A DNA stretch of 64,000 bases, taken from Planctomycetota bacterium (GTDB lineage Bacteria; Planctomycetota; B15-G4; JADJEK01). Positions within the stretch are counted from its first letter, which is position 1. Every line of letters starts with the position of its first letter. A program made the position numbers and the translations under genes. The stretch lies in assembly GCA_052034255.1 (NCBI GenBank), contig JBPOIU010000022.1, positions 7,354 to 71,353 on the forward strand. The letters are read 5' to 3'. Below, piece after piece: positions 17,211 to 25,029 of this stretch. The notes under the pieces are model-generated. The model was not told the origin of the DNA. It did no database searches and saw only the letters and a program-made list of their open reading frames with translations.

Positions 17211-18242
17211 ATGACCGTGCCCTCCGAACAGCTCGTGATCCGTCCGTACCGCGAGGGCGACGCGCCGCGCATCCTCGCGTTGTTCAACGAGGTCTTCGCC
17301 GAAGGCGATCCGAACTTCCACGAGCGCACGCTCGCGGAATGGGAATGGGAGTTCGTCCACAACCCCGCCGGCGAACAGATCGTCGTCGCCGAGGAGCCCG
17401 GCACCGAGCGCATCGTCGCGCAGTACGCGTGCTTGCCGGCCTGGGCGAACTTGAACGGCCAGCGCGTGTGGATCGGGCAGGGCATCGACTCGGTGGTCCA
17501 CAAGGACTACCGCCGCGGGCTGAAGCGCGAGGGCGCGTTCCTGCGCACCGCGAAGTACTACTTCGACCACATCGGCATCGCCGACAAGAACGCGTGGGGT
17601 TACGGCTTCCCGAACAGCAAGGCGTTCGGGATCGGCGTGAAGCTGCTGAAGTACCTGCCGATCGCCGCGCCGGTGCCAACGCTGTTCCGCAACCTGTTCC
17701 AGTGCGCGAACGACGACGCCGTCGGGCGGCACCGCTCCGCGGACCTGCGCGTCGTCGACGTGCAGCGCTTCGACGCGTCGGCGGACGCGTTCTGGGCGCG
17801 ACTCGAACCGCTCTATCCGATGGCGATCCGGCGCGACGCCGCATACCTCAATTGGCGTTACCTCGACAATCCACTGGCGCGCTACGTCGCGTTGCGGCTG
17901 GTCGACGCCAATGGTGCGCAGCGCGGCGTCTGCGTGCTGCGGCCGGATTGGACCGGCCCGCCGATCCTCGCCGTCGCCGAATGGCTGGTCGAGCCGAACG
18001 ACGTGGTCGCGACGTCGTCGCTGCTGCATGCGGTGACGCAGTGGGCACGCGCGCATGGCCAACAACGCATCGAGGTCTGGGTGCCGCCGACGCACCCGCA
18101 GTTCACCGCGATCCAGGCCGAGGGCTTCGCGGTCGAGTCGTCGCCCTTCAACCTCTGCATCAAGATCTACCGCCCGGAACTGACCGAGGACTGGGTCAGG
18201 GCGCACTGGTACTGGACGATCGGCGACTCCGACGTGTTCTGA
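17211..18242 (+). CDS. GNAT-superfamily acyltransferase, ~343 aa (paralog of 15141..16154)
   Basis: MTVPSEQLVIRPYREGDAPRILALFNEVFAEGDPNFHERTLAEWEWEF...DYRRGLKREGAF...NLCIKIYRPELTEDWVRAHWYWTIGDSDVF is collinear with the minus-strand GNAT at roughly 50% identity. It is divergent from the kinase gene. Confidence 0.6.
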   Translation: MTVPSEQLVIRPYREGDAPRILALFNEVFAEGDPNFHERTLAEWEWEFVHNPAGEQIVVAEEPGTERIVAQYACLPAWANLNGQRVWIGQGIDSVVHKDYRRGLKREGAFLRTAKYYFDHIGIADKNAWGYGFPNSKAFGIGVKLLKYLPIAAPVPTLFRNLFQCANDDAVGRHRSADLRVVDVQRFDASADAFWARLEPLYPMAIRRDAAYLNWRYLDNPLARYVALRLVDANGAQRGVCVLRPDWTGPPILAVAEWLVEPNDVVATSSLLHAVTQWARAHGQQRIEVWVPPTHPQFTAIQAEGFAVESSPFNLCIKIYRPELTEDWVRAHWYWTIGDSDVF

Positions 18243-18312
18243 TCCGCACGAAGCCGCGCGCTCTCGCGGACCCCTTGCTTGCACACCGGGTTACCGTGGT
18301 ACCCTGCAACCC

Positions 18313-18735
18313 ATGGACCTCGCCACCGAACAGGGCCGCGGCTCCGTCGCGCCCGTACATCCGCTGCTCGCCCGCTTCCTCGACGGCGTCCCGCCGTGCG
18401 CTCCGTTCACGCATCGCGACCACGTCGAGGTCGCGTGGCGACTGCTCGAAGCCATGCCGCTCGAGCGCGCGATCGGCGTGTTCTGCGATCGCCTCCGGCG
18501 CATCGCGACGGCCGCCGGCGTCCCCCAGAAGTTCCACGCGACGCTGACGTGGTGCTACCTCGTGCTCGTCGACGCGCGTCGCGCGCAAGCTCAGTCGTGG
18601 GACGCGTTCGCGCGCGGCAATGCCGAGTTGTTCGACCGCACGCACCCCGCGGTCGCCCAGCACTACTCCCCGCAGCGGCTGGCCACGGACGAGGCCCGCC
18701 GCACGTTCGTCTTCCCCGATCGCCTGCCGCTTTGA
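18313..18735 (+). CDS. Hypothetical protein (140 aa)
   Basis: Protein-like composition (MDLATEQ...HRDHVEVAWRLLEAMPLERAIGVFCDRL...TLTWCYLVLVDARRAQ), but no recognisable family. Confidence 0.35.
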   Translation: MDLATEQGRGSVAPVHPLLARFLDGVPPCAPFTHRDHVEVAWRLLEAMPLERAIGVFCDRLRRIATAAGVPQKFHATLTWCYLVLVDARRAQAQSWDAFARGNAELFDRTHPAVAQHYSPQRLATDEARRTFVFPDRLPL

Positions 18736-18776
18736 GCGCTCGCGAGACCAGCTCCACCCCTTCGAGGACACGAGCC

Positions 18777-19064
18777 ATGCCCAAACGCGCCCGGACGAAA
18801 CCCGCAGCGAACGACGCGCCACGCGTCGTCGAGCGCATCCAAACCGGCCTCCGCATCGAGAAGCGGATCCTGAAAGTCCTGAAAGGTGTCGCCGAGATCC
18901 ACGATTTGACGCTCGGCGATCTGCTCGAGGGCATCGTGCTACATGCGTTCGCGGGCAAAGCGCCGTTCTCGAAGGAGACGTTGCAACAGATCGAGCGCTT
19001 GAAGGCCGTCTACGGACTCGACCTGACGGTCGCGGACAGCCACCGCTTGCGCGAGGCGGATTGA
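18777..19064 (+). CDS. Hypothetical small protein (95 aa), possible ribbon-helix-helix-like DNA binder
   Basis: MPKRARTKPAANDAPRVVERIQTGLRIEKRILKVLKGVAEIHDLTLGDLLEGIVLHAF... has balanced composition. A basic N-tail is followed by a strand-helix-helix pattern. Confidence 0.4.
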   Translation: MPKRARTKPAANDAPRVVERIQTGLRIEKRILKVLKGVAEIHDLTLGDLLEGIVLHAFAGKAPFSKETLQQIERLKAVYGLDLTVADSHRLREAD

Positions 19065-19259
19065 CCCGCGGTTGACTTGAGGCCGCCCGGCACGGGCAGT
19101 ACGGTCACGCCGCGTCGAAGTTCGCGCGGCGCGCATCGCTCGAGGGATTCTTCGGGGCGAGCCGGAACGGGCGGTCGCGCGCGGTGCGATCGCCGTCGTG
19201 TTCCGAACTGGCTCGTGCTGGCGATGCCGAAGTCCGCCGTCGTTCGAAGGGACCGCGTC

Positions 19260-21380
19260 ATGAGACTTCCACTCGCATTCGTGATGACGCTGGCGGTCGG
19301 CGCGCACCCGACGACCTTCGGCAACACGGCCCGCGACGAGCGCTTGGCGCTGCCGACCGTGGAAGCGCGCGAGGACGCGCTGAAGCAGCTGCGCGCGCAC
19401 TTCGCGACGGAGTACGCGGACACGTCAGCGGCGGGGCGCGCGGCGCTCGCGGCGACGTTGCTCGACATGGAGAGCGCGCTCACCGACGACCCGGTCGGGC
19501 GATACGTCCTCCTCGATCAAGCGCGCACGCTGTCCATCCAAGCGTCCCACGCGCAACGCGCCCTGGATGCCGTCGAGCGCCTGGCGACGAAGTACGTCGT
19601 CGACGGGCGCACCGAACGCTTCGAGACCGTGACGCAATTGTTGGCGAAACCCGACGCCGACCCGACGGCGGTCGCGAACGCGGCGTTCGCCAGCGCCGAC
19701 GAGTGCTTGCAACTCGGCGACGAGACCGGCGCGAACAAGATCACGCGCGCACTGGCTGAACGCCTGAAGTCGTCCCCGGATGAATCCCTGCAGTCGCGGC
19801 TCCGTGCGTTGCGCGCGACGGTGAACCTCCGCCTCAAGGTCCGCGCGTGGCGTACGCAGCTCGAAACGAAGCCCGACGATCCGACGACGAACTTCGAACT
19901 CGGCGCCCACGAGTGCTTCGTGCTCGGCGATTGGACCCGCGGCCTGCCGCGGCTCGTGAAGGGCTCCGATCCGAAGCTCGCCGCGATCGCGCGCATCGAA
20001 CTCGACGATCCTCGCTCCGCGGACGCGCAATTCGAACTCGCCGAGGCGTGGTTCAAGTACGCCGAATCCGCGCGCGAGGACTTGCGCGCCGGCTCCCAGC
20101 TGCGCGCCGCGTTGCGCTTCAAGAGCGCGGAGCCCGGCTTGACGGGTCTCCGCCGCCAGCTCGCCGCGGAGCGCTTGAAGAAGCTCGAAGCGACGAGCGC
20201 CAGCGCCCCCGCCGCTGCCGGGACCGACACCGATTCCGCCCCGAGCGACTCCGCGAGTACCGCGCGTTCCGACGACACGCCGTCCAGCACGGCACCAACG
20301 ACGCGAATCGCGATCCCCGCGAAGTACGCGAACCGCTCGCGCGCCGCCAAGCTGCCGACGGTCGCCGCCGCATTGACGTGGCTGCAAAAGCACCAAAGCC
20401 CAAGCGGCTCGTGGTCCGCCACCAAGTTCATGAGCAACTGCGTCGACGACGGATGCGTCGGGGAAGGTGTGTCCGAGCACGACATCGGCATCACCGCATT
20501 GGCGGTCCTCGCGTTCCTCGGGGCGGGCCACACGCCGACGTCCGGTCCGTACGCGCGCGAGGTCGAGGCTGGCTTGCGCTTCCTTCTCGCCCGGCAGGAC
20601 GCGAAGTCGGGCTGCGTCGGGACGATCGGCAAGCCGCGCGACTTCCTGTACGACCACGCGATCGCGACACTCGCGCTCGTCGAGGCGTACGGATTGACCG
20701 GCGCGGCCGAATACGAGAACGCGGCAAACGCCGGGGTGCGGTTCGTCCTCGCCGCGCGGAATCCGAATTCCGCGTGGCGGTACGACGTTCCGCCGACCGG
20801 TGAGAACGACGTCTCGGTCACGGGCTGGATGGTGCTGACGCTGTGCGCCGCGCGTGACGTCGGGATCACCGTGGACGACAGCGCCATCGTGGACGCGATG
20901 CGCTACATCGAGTCGATGACCGACGCCACGACGTGGCGCACGGGCTACATCACCAAGGGCGGCTACTCGGCGCGTGAAGCCGGAATGGCCGAACTCTGGC
21001 GCCCGGAATACACCGAAGCGATGACGGCGGTGGCGATGCTGTGCCGCATCGTCACCGGCACCGAGCCGACGCGTTCCCCGGCGCTGAAGGGCGGCGCCGG
21101 CCTCCTCCACGCGCAGTCGCCGAACTGGGAGCGTGCCGACTTCTACTACTGGTACTACGGCTCGCAGGCCATGTTCCAGATGAGCGCGGCCGACTGGCAG
21201 CGCTGGGAATCCAAGCTGAACACCGCGCTGCGGACGCACCAGCAGACGACTGGTTGCGCCGCCGGCTCATGGGATCCGCGGGTGGATCCGTGGGGACATC
21301 GCGGCGGCCGCGTCTATGCGACCGCGATCCTCTGCTTGTGCGCCGAGGCGCCGTATCGCTACGCGCGCGTGTTCAAGTGA
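19260..21380 (+). CDS. Secreted protein with prenyltransferase/squalene-oxidase-type alpha/alpha-toroid repeats
   Basis: MRLPLAFVMTLAVGAHP is a signal peptide. A ~350-aa helical, Ala/Glu-rich region follows. The C-terminal ~330 aa have a repeat signature (LTWLQKHQSPSGSW, ALAVLAFLGAGHT, LLARQDAKSGCVG, GVRFVLAARNPNSAWRY, DVSVTGWMVLTL, YYWYYGSQAMF). Confidence 0.6.
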   Translation: MRLPLAFVMTLAVGAHPTTFGNTARDERLALPTVEAREDALKQLRAHFATEYADTSAAGRAALAATLLDMESALTDDPVGRYVLLDQARTLSIQASHAQRALDAVERLATKYVVDGRTERFETVTQLLAKPDADPTAVANAAFASADECLQLGDETGANKITRALAERLKSSPDESLQSRLRALRATVNLRLKVRAWRTQLETKPDDPTTNFELGAHECFVLGDWTRGLPRLVKGSDPKLAAIARIELDDPRSADAQFELAEAWFKYAESAREDLRAGSQLRAALRFKSAEPGLTGLRRQLAAERLKKLEATSASAPAAAGTDTDSAPSDSASTARSDDTPSSTAPTTRIAIPAKYANRSRAAKLPTVAAALTWLQKHQSPSGSWSATKFMSNCVDDGCVGEGVSEHDIGITALAVLAFLGAGHTPTSGPYAREVEAGLRFLLARQDAKSGCVGTIGKPRDFLYDHAIATLALVEAYGLTGAAEYENAANAGVRFVLAARNPNSAWRYDVPPTGENDVSVTGWMVLTLCAARDVGITVDDSAIVDAMRYIESMTDATTWRTGYITKGGYSAREAGMAELWRPEYTEAMTAVAMLCRIVTGTEPTRSPALKGGAGLLHAQSPNWERADFYYWYYGSQAMFQMSAADWQRWESKLNTALRTHQQTTGCAAGSWDPRVDPWGHRGGRVYATAILCLCAEAPYRYARVFK

Positions 21381-21389
21381 CGCGCCGCG

Positions 21390-21944
21390 TCAATGCGGCG
21401 CGAGGGCCCGCTCGAGCCCGGCGACGTCGATCTTGACCATCTTCATCATCGCGTCGGTCGCGCGCTGGCGCGTCGTCGCGTCCGCGTGCTCGAGCAGCTC
21501 CATCAATCGCTTCGGGATGATCTGCCACGACACGCCGTAGCGGTCCTCGAGCCAGCCGCATTGCGTGGGTTTGCCGCCTCCCGCGAGCAGCGCGTCCCAA
21601 TAGCGGTCGACCTCGGCCTGGTCCTCGCACGCGACGAACGTCGAGTACGCGGCCGTGAGCCGGTAGTGCGGCCCACCGTTCAACGCCATGAACGATTGGC
21701 CGTTCAGCGTGAACTCGACGAGTTGCGCCGTGGACTTCGTGATCTTCGAGTTCGGGAAGATCGAGCAATAGAACTTCGCCGCATCCTGCGCGTTCGCTTC
21801 GAACCACAGGAACGGCGTGAGCGTCGGCGTCGCGGCGGTCGGTCGGGTCGTCACGGTTGACTCCTGCTCCTCGGGGAACGAATGGGGAACGAAAGGACTC
21901 GCGACGAGCGCGGCGAGGACGGCGCATCGAGGGAACGTGAGCAT
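21390..21944 (-). CDS. VOC-family protein (PhnB / 3-demethylubiquinone methyltransferase-like, glyoxalase fold), secreted
   Basis: Start is at MLTFPRCAVLAALVASPFV, a signal peptide. TPFLWFEANAQDAAKFYCSIFPNS...QCGWLEDRYGVSWQIIP is the PhnB-like signature. Confidence 0.65.
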   Translation of the reverse strand: MLTFPRCAVLAALVASPFVPHSFPEEQESTVTTRPTAATPTLTPFLWFEANAQDAAKFYCSIFPNSKITKSTAQLVEFTLNGQSFMALNGGPHYRLTAAYSTFVACEDQAEVDRYWDALLAGGGKPTQCGWLEDRYGVSWQIIPKRLMELLEHADATTRQRATDAMMKMVKIDVAGLERALAPH

Positions 21945-22095
21945 GATCGAGGTCTCGTTGGGGACAGGTTTTCCCCAAGTCGGCGCTGACGGCGACGGCT
22001 CGACATGCCGTTCCATGTTTCTCGCGAAGTTTGCCGAGCGCCACCACGGGCGCAGCGACCGCGACGCGCATCGCCGATGACTCTGAACGGCGTAT

Positions 22096-23352
22096 TCATC
22101 CGGTCACCATCCGGCGCGACTTCGCGATCAAGTACGCGTGCTCCGCGCGGTTCGACGTTAGCTGCGCCGCGACCTCGAACTGCTCGCGCGCGGCGTCGCG
22201 ATCACCTGCACGCTCGAGCAGATGCGCTCGCACGGCGACGAGCCGGTGATGCCGCGCGAGGCGCGGATCGTGCGCCAACTCTTCGAGCCGCTCGAGTCCG
22301 GCGCGCGGCCCCCGCACCATCGCCAGCGCCACGGTTCGATTCAGATGCGCCATCGGATTGTCCTGGAGCCCCACGAGCACGTCGTAGAGCGCGAGGATCT
22401 GCGGCCAATCGGTCGCGTCCGCGTGCGCGGCTTCGCAGTGGACCGCGGCGATCGCGGCTTGCACGGCGTAGATGCCGGGCGGCGCACGCGTCAAGGCCGA
22501 CGTGACCAACCCGACGCCTTCCGCGATCGCAGCTTGGTCCCAGCGCGTTCGATCCTGCTCGTCGAGCGGGATCACCTCGCCGCTCGAGCCCACGCGCGCG
22601 GCACGTCGCGCGTGCGTCAACACCAGCAGCGCGAGCAAGCCGTCGATCTCCGCGGACGGCGGCGACAGCCGATGCAAGAGCCGCGCCAGACGGATCGCTT
22701 CGAAACAGAGCTCGACGCGATCGAGACGGTCCGCGGCGCTGGCCGCATAGCCCTCGTTGAAGATCAGGTAGAGCACGTGCAAGACCGCGGGCAGACGCGC
22801 CGCGCGCTGCGACGCGTCCGGCCGCGCCAGCGCGTCGTCGGCTTCTTGCAGCGTCCGTTTCGCGCGCACGACGCGCTGCGCGATCGTCGCCTCGGGCGCG
22901 AGCAGCGCGCTCGCGATCGCCGCCGTCGACAGTCCTCCCACGGTGCGCAACGTCAACGCGACTGCCGAGGTCGCGGACAGCGCCGGATGGCAACAGAGGA
23001 ACAGCGCCACCAAGGCGTCGTCCTGCTCGATCGAGTCCGCGGAGTCGACGGCGTCGAGCTCGCGCATCGCGGTCGACTCGCGCGCGCTCACGCGGACCTC
23101 GCGAGCGCGTCGAGCGCGTTCGGCCGCGATGCGATCCGAGAGTCGGCGACACGCCACGCGATGCAGCCAACCGCCGGGATTGGCCGGAACGCCCGCGTGC
23201 GGCCATTGCAGGAACGCCGCGATCAACGCCTCTTGGACAGCGTCCTCCGCCGCGTCGAACGCGTGCCCGCGGCGCAACAACGCACCGAGCACGCGCGGCG
23301 CCAGCTCGCGCAGCGCGTCGTCCAGCGGCGCCAGCGGTGCTTCCGCACTCAC
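22096..23352 (-). CDS. ECF sigma-70 factor with long C-terminal extension (ECF42-like)
   Basis: GTG start overlaps the YCII stop (GTGA). Sigma-2 is LRELAPRVLGALLRRGHAFDAAEDAVQEALIAAF. Sigma-4 is LALFLCCHPALSATSAVALTLRTVGGLSTAAIASALLAPEATIAQRVVRAKRTL. About 230 aa of helical, TPR-like extension follow. Confidence 0.75.
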   Translation of the reverse strand: MSAEAPLAPLDDALRELAPRVLGALLRRGHAFDAAEDAVQEALIAAFLQWPHAGVPANPGGWLHRVACRRLSDRIAAERARRAREVRVSARESTAMRELDAVDSADSIEQDDALVALFLCCHPALSATSAVALTLRTVGGLSTAAIASALLAPEATIAQRVVRAKRTLQEADDALARPDASQRAARLPAVLHVLYLIFNEGYAASAADRLDRVELCFEAIRLARLLHRLSPPSAEIDGLLALLVLTHARRAARVGSSGEVIPLDEQDRTRWDQAAIAEGVGLVTSALTRAPPGIYAVQAAIAAVHCEAAHADATDWPQILALYDVLVGLQDNPMAHLNRTVALAMVRGPRAGLERLEELAHDPRLARHHRLVAVRAHLLERAGDRDAAREQFEVAAQLTSNRAEHAYLIAKSRRMVTG

Positions 23353-23744
23353 GCTTCGATCGGCGGCGCACCCGCGACCGCGCGCAACTCGATCGGGATC
23401 GCGAACGGCTTGCCGCCTGGACCCGGCGCGGTCGACGCCAACGCCGCGATCTCGATGGCGCGCGCCTCCGACGCGACGTCGACGATCCAGAAGCCGGCCA
23501 GGAACTCCTTCGATTCCGCGAACGGTCCATCGGACACGATCGGCGCGTCGGCCCGCGTGGCCTGGACCACCTTCGCGTGGTGCGGGACGTCGAGCCCTTC
23601 GGCCACGACGAGTTCTCCGGACTCCGTGAGTTTGCGGTTCAAACCGATCATGAACTCGATGTGAGCGCCGAACTCGGCCGGCGTCCAACTGCCGAGGGAC
23701 TCGAAGTTCGCGCGGGTGCATGACATCAACAGCATGTACTTCAT
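23349..23744 (-). CDS. YCII-related / DGPF-domain protein
   Basis: MKYMLLMSCTRANFESLGSWTPAEFGAHIEFMIGLNRKL...DGPFAESKEFLAGFWIVDVAS is the DGPF motif. It is the conserved genomic partner of ECF42 sigma factors. Confidence 0.75.
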   Translation of the reverse strand: MKYMLLMSCTRANFESLGSWTPAEFGAHIEFMIGLNRKLTESGELVVAEGLDVPHHAKVVQATRADAPIVSDGPFAESKEFLAGFWIVDVASEARAIEIAALASTAPGPGGKPFAIPIELRAVAGAPPIEA

Positions 23745-23787
23745 GGGGTCGACCTCCGATGGATGACGTGGTACGGGAACGAGGATC

Positions 23788-23814
23788 CGAACGGAAGTCG
23801 GAGCCGACCGCACG
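23788..23814 (-). promoter_or_regulatory. Candidate ECF-type autoregulatory promoter (TGTCGA-N17-CGAC) upstream of the YCII-sigma operon
   Basis: The minus strand reads TGTCGA tctcgtgcggtcggct c CGAC, about 45 nt upstream of the YCII ATG. GGAGG lies 10 nt before the ATG. The match to the ECF42 target motif is recalled from the literature, not computed. Confidence 0.25.
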
Positions 23815-23904
23815 AGATCGACATCGGCCCGCGGAAATTTCGCGTGTCGCCGCGCGCGACCGGCTGCGGCCGAGACCGCGGGTCCAACGGGTTGCCGCGG
23901 GGGG

Positions 23905-25029
23905 TCAGATCGGCAGCTTCGCGTCCGGGTCGTAGCCGGTCAGCTCGACGTAGCCGCGACCGACCACGCGCCCATCGCGCTTCACGGTGATCGGGCCTTC
24001 GAAGTACTCGATGCCGTCGACCAACACGCTCGCGTTGATCGAACGCGGCGTCACCGCTTCGATCGCGAACGACTCGTCGCCGACGCGGACGTCGAACCCG
24101 GTCGGATAGCGCGAGCCGTCGCTTGGCGGCTTGCCCGTGATCGTGAACTCGTCGCCGCGCAGCGCCGCGCTGTGGCCCGTCGCGTCGACCCACGTTCCGC
24201 TGGCGTAATCCACCGCGCCATCCGCGCGCCGCAGCACGTAGAGCATCAGATCGCGCCCGTCCTCGAGCTGGATGCTGAACCAATCCCAACCCACTTGGCG
24301 CTTCGCGAGTTGCCCGCTCGAGAACTCGTGATCCATCCAGCTGGAGCCCACCACGGCGAACTCGTCCCCGCGCCAGCGCACGCTTCCTCGCGTCGCCATG
24401 CGCGTGAACGACGCGTATTGGCTCGCGGCCGAGCCGTCCTCCGACTTCTTCGAGTACCCGCGCTCCCCATGCAGCACGACGGGTCGAGTCGGCTGCGTGT
24501 CGAGCGCGAACGCTACCCCCCGCGTGTCGTCGCGCATCGTGAACGCGAAGCCGTCGCCCTGTAGACGCAACTCCCAACGCCCGCTGGTGCCCGCCGGAGC
24601 CTTCGACCATGCGATGACCGGATCGGGCTCGCGCGGAAAGCCGCCGAGGTCTCCGGATGCTCGCCACAGCGTTTCGCTGAACACGTGCTCACCGGTGCGC
24701 AGGTCCGTGAGCGCTGCGTGCCCCATGACCAGTGCGTTCGCCGCCCAACGCGAACCCTCGCGCGCGGGCTGCGGGTCGATCCCGATGCGGAACAGCGTGA
24801 ATTGGTATCCGAATCGCGCGACGCCGGGCGCGTCGGCCGCATCGAGATGCCCCGTGAAGTACCACCACTCGGTCTTCGAGGTGTCGTGCGCGCGATGATC
24901 GCGCGGGAACTCGAAGACGTGGTCGGGTGACGCTTGGACCCACGGCGAGGTCGTCGACTCCTCGGCCGCGAAGCCTCGCACCAGGAATGCGAGCCCGACC
25001 AGCGCGAGCACGCCCCATCGCTTCCGCAT
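23905..25029 (-). CDS. AttH/CrtC-like (hydroxyneurosporene-synthase family) lipocalin-fold protein, secreted
   Basis: Start is at MRKRWGVLALVGLAFLVRG, which is only the C-terminal third of a listed 1209-aa artefact ORF. HDTSKTEWWYFTGHL...YQFTLFRIG...WMDHEFSS matches the AttH family. Its start shares 1 nt with the permease stop. Confidence 0.65.
   Translation of the reverse strand: MRKRWGVLALVGLAFLVRGFAAEESTTSPWVQASPDHVFEFPRDHRAHDTSKTEWWYFTGHLDAADAPGVARFGYQFTLFRIGIDPQPAREGSRWAANALVMGHAALTDLRTGEHVFSETLWRASGDLGGFPREPDPVIAWSKAPAGTSGRWELRLQGDGFAFTMRDDTRGVAFALDTQPTRPVVLHGERGYSKKSEDGSAASQYASFTRMATRGSVRWRGDEFAVVGSSWMDHEFSSGQLAKRQVGWDWFSIQLEDGRDLMLYVLRRADGAVDYASGTWVDATGHSAALRGDEFTITGKPPSDGSRYPTGFDVRVGDESFAIEAVTPRSINASVLVDGIEYFEGPITVKRDGRVVGRGYVELTGYDPDAKLPI

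Noticed and set aside
19064-19260. TTGACT hexamer near 19070 as a possible -35 promoter element for the prenyltransferase-repeat gene
   Set aside because: No acceptable -10 element sits at 16-19 nt spacing. Promoter prediction in this GC-rich genome is unreliable without TSS data.
19425-21239. 604-aa minus-strand ORF overlapping the prenyltransferase-repeat gene
   Set aside because: Gly/Arg/Ala-rich antisense artefact. The plus frame has a signal peptide and repeat motifs.
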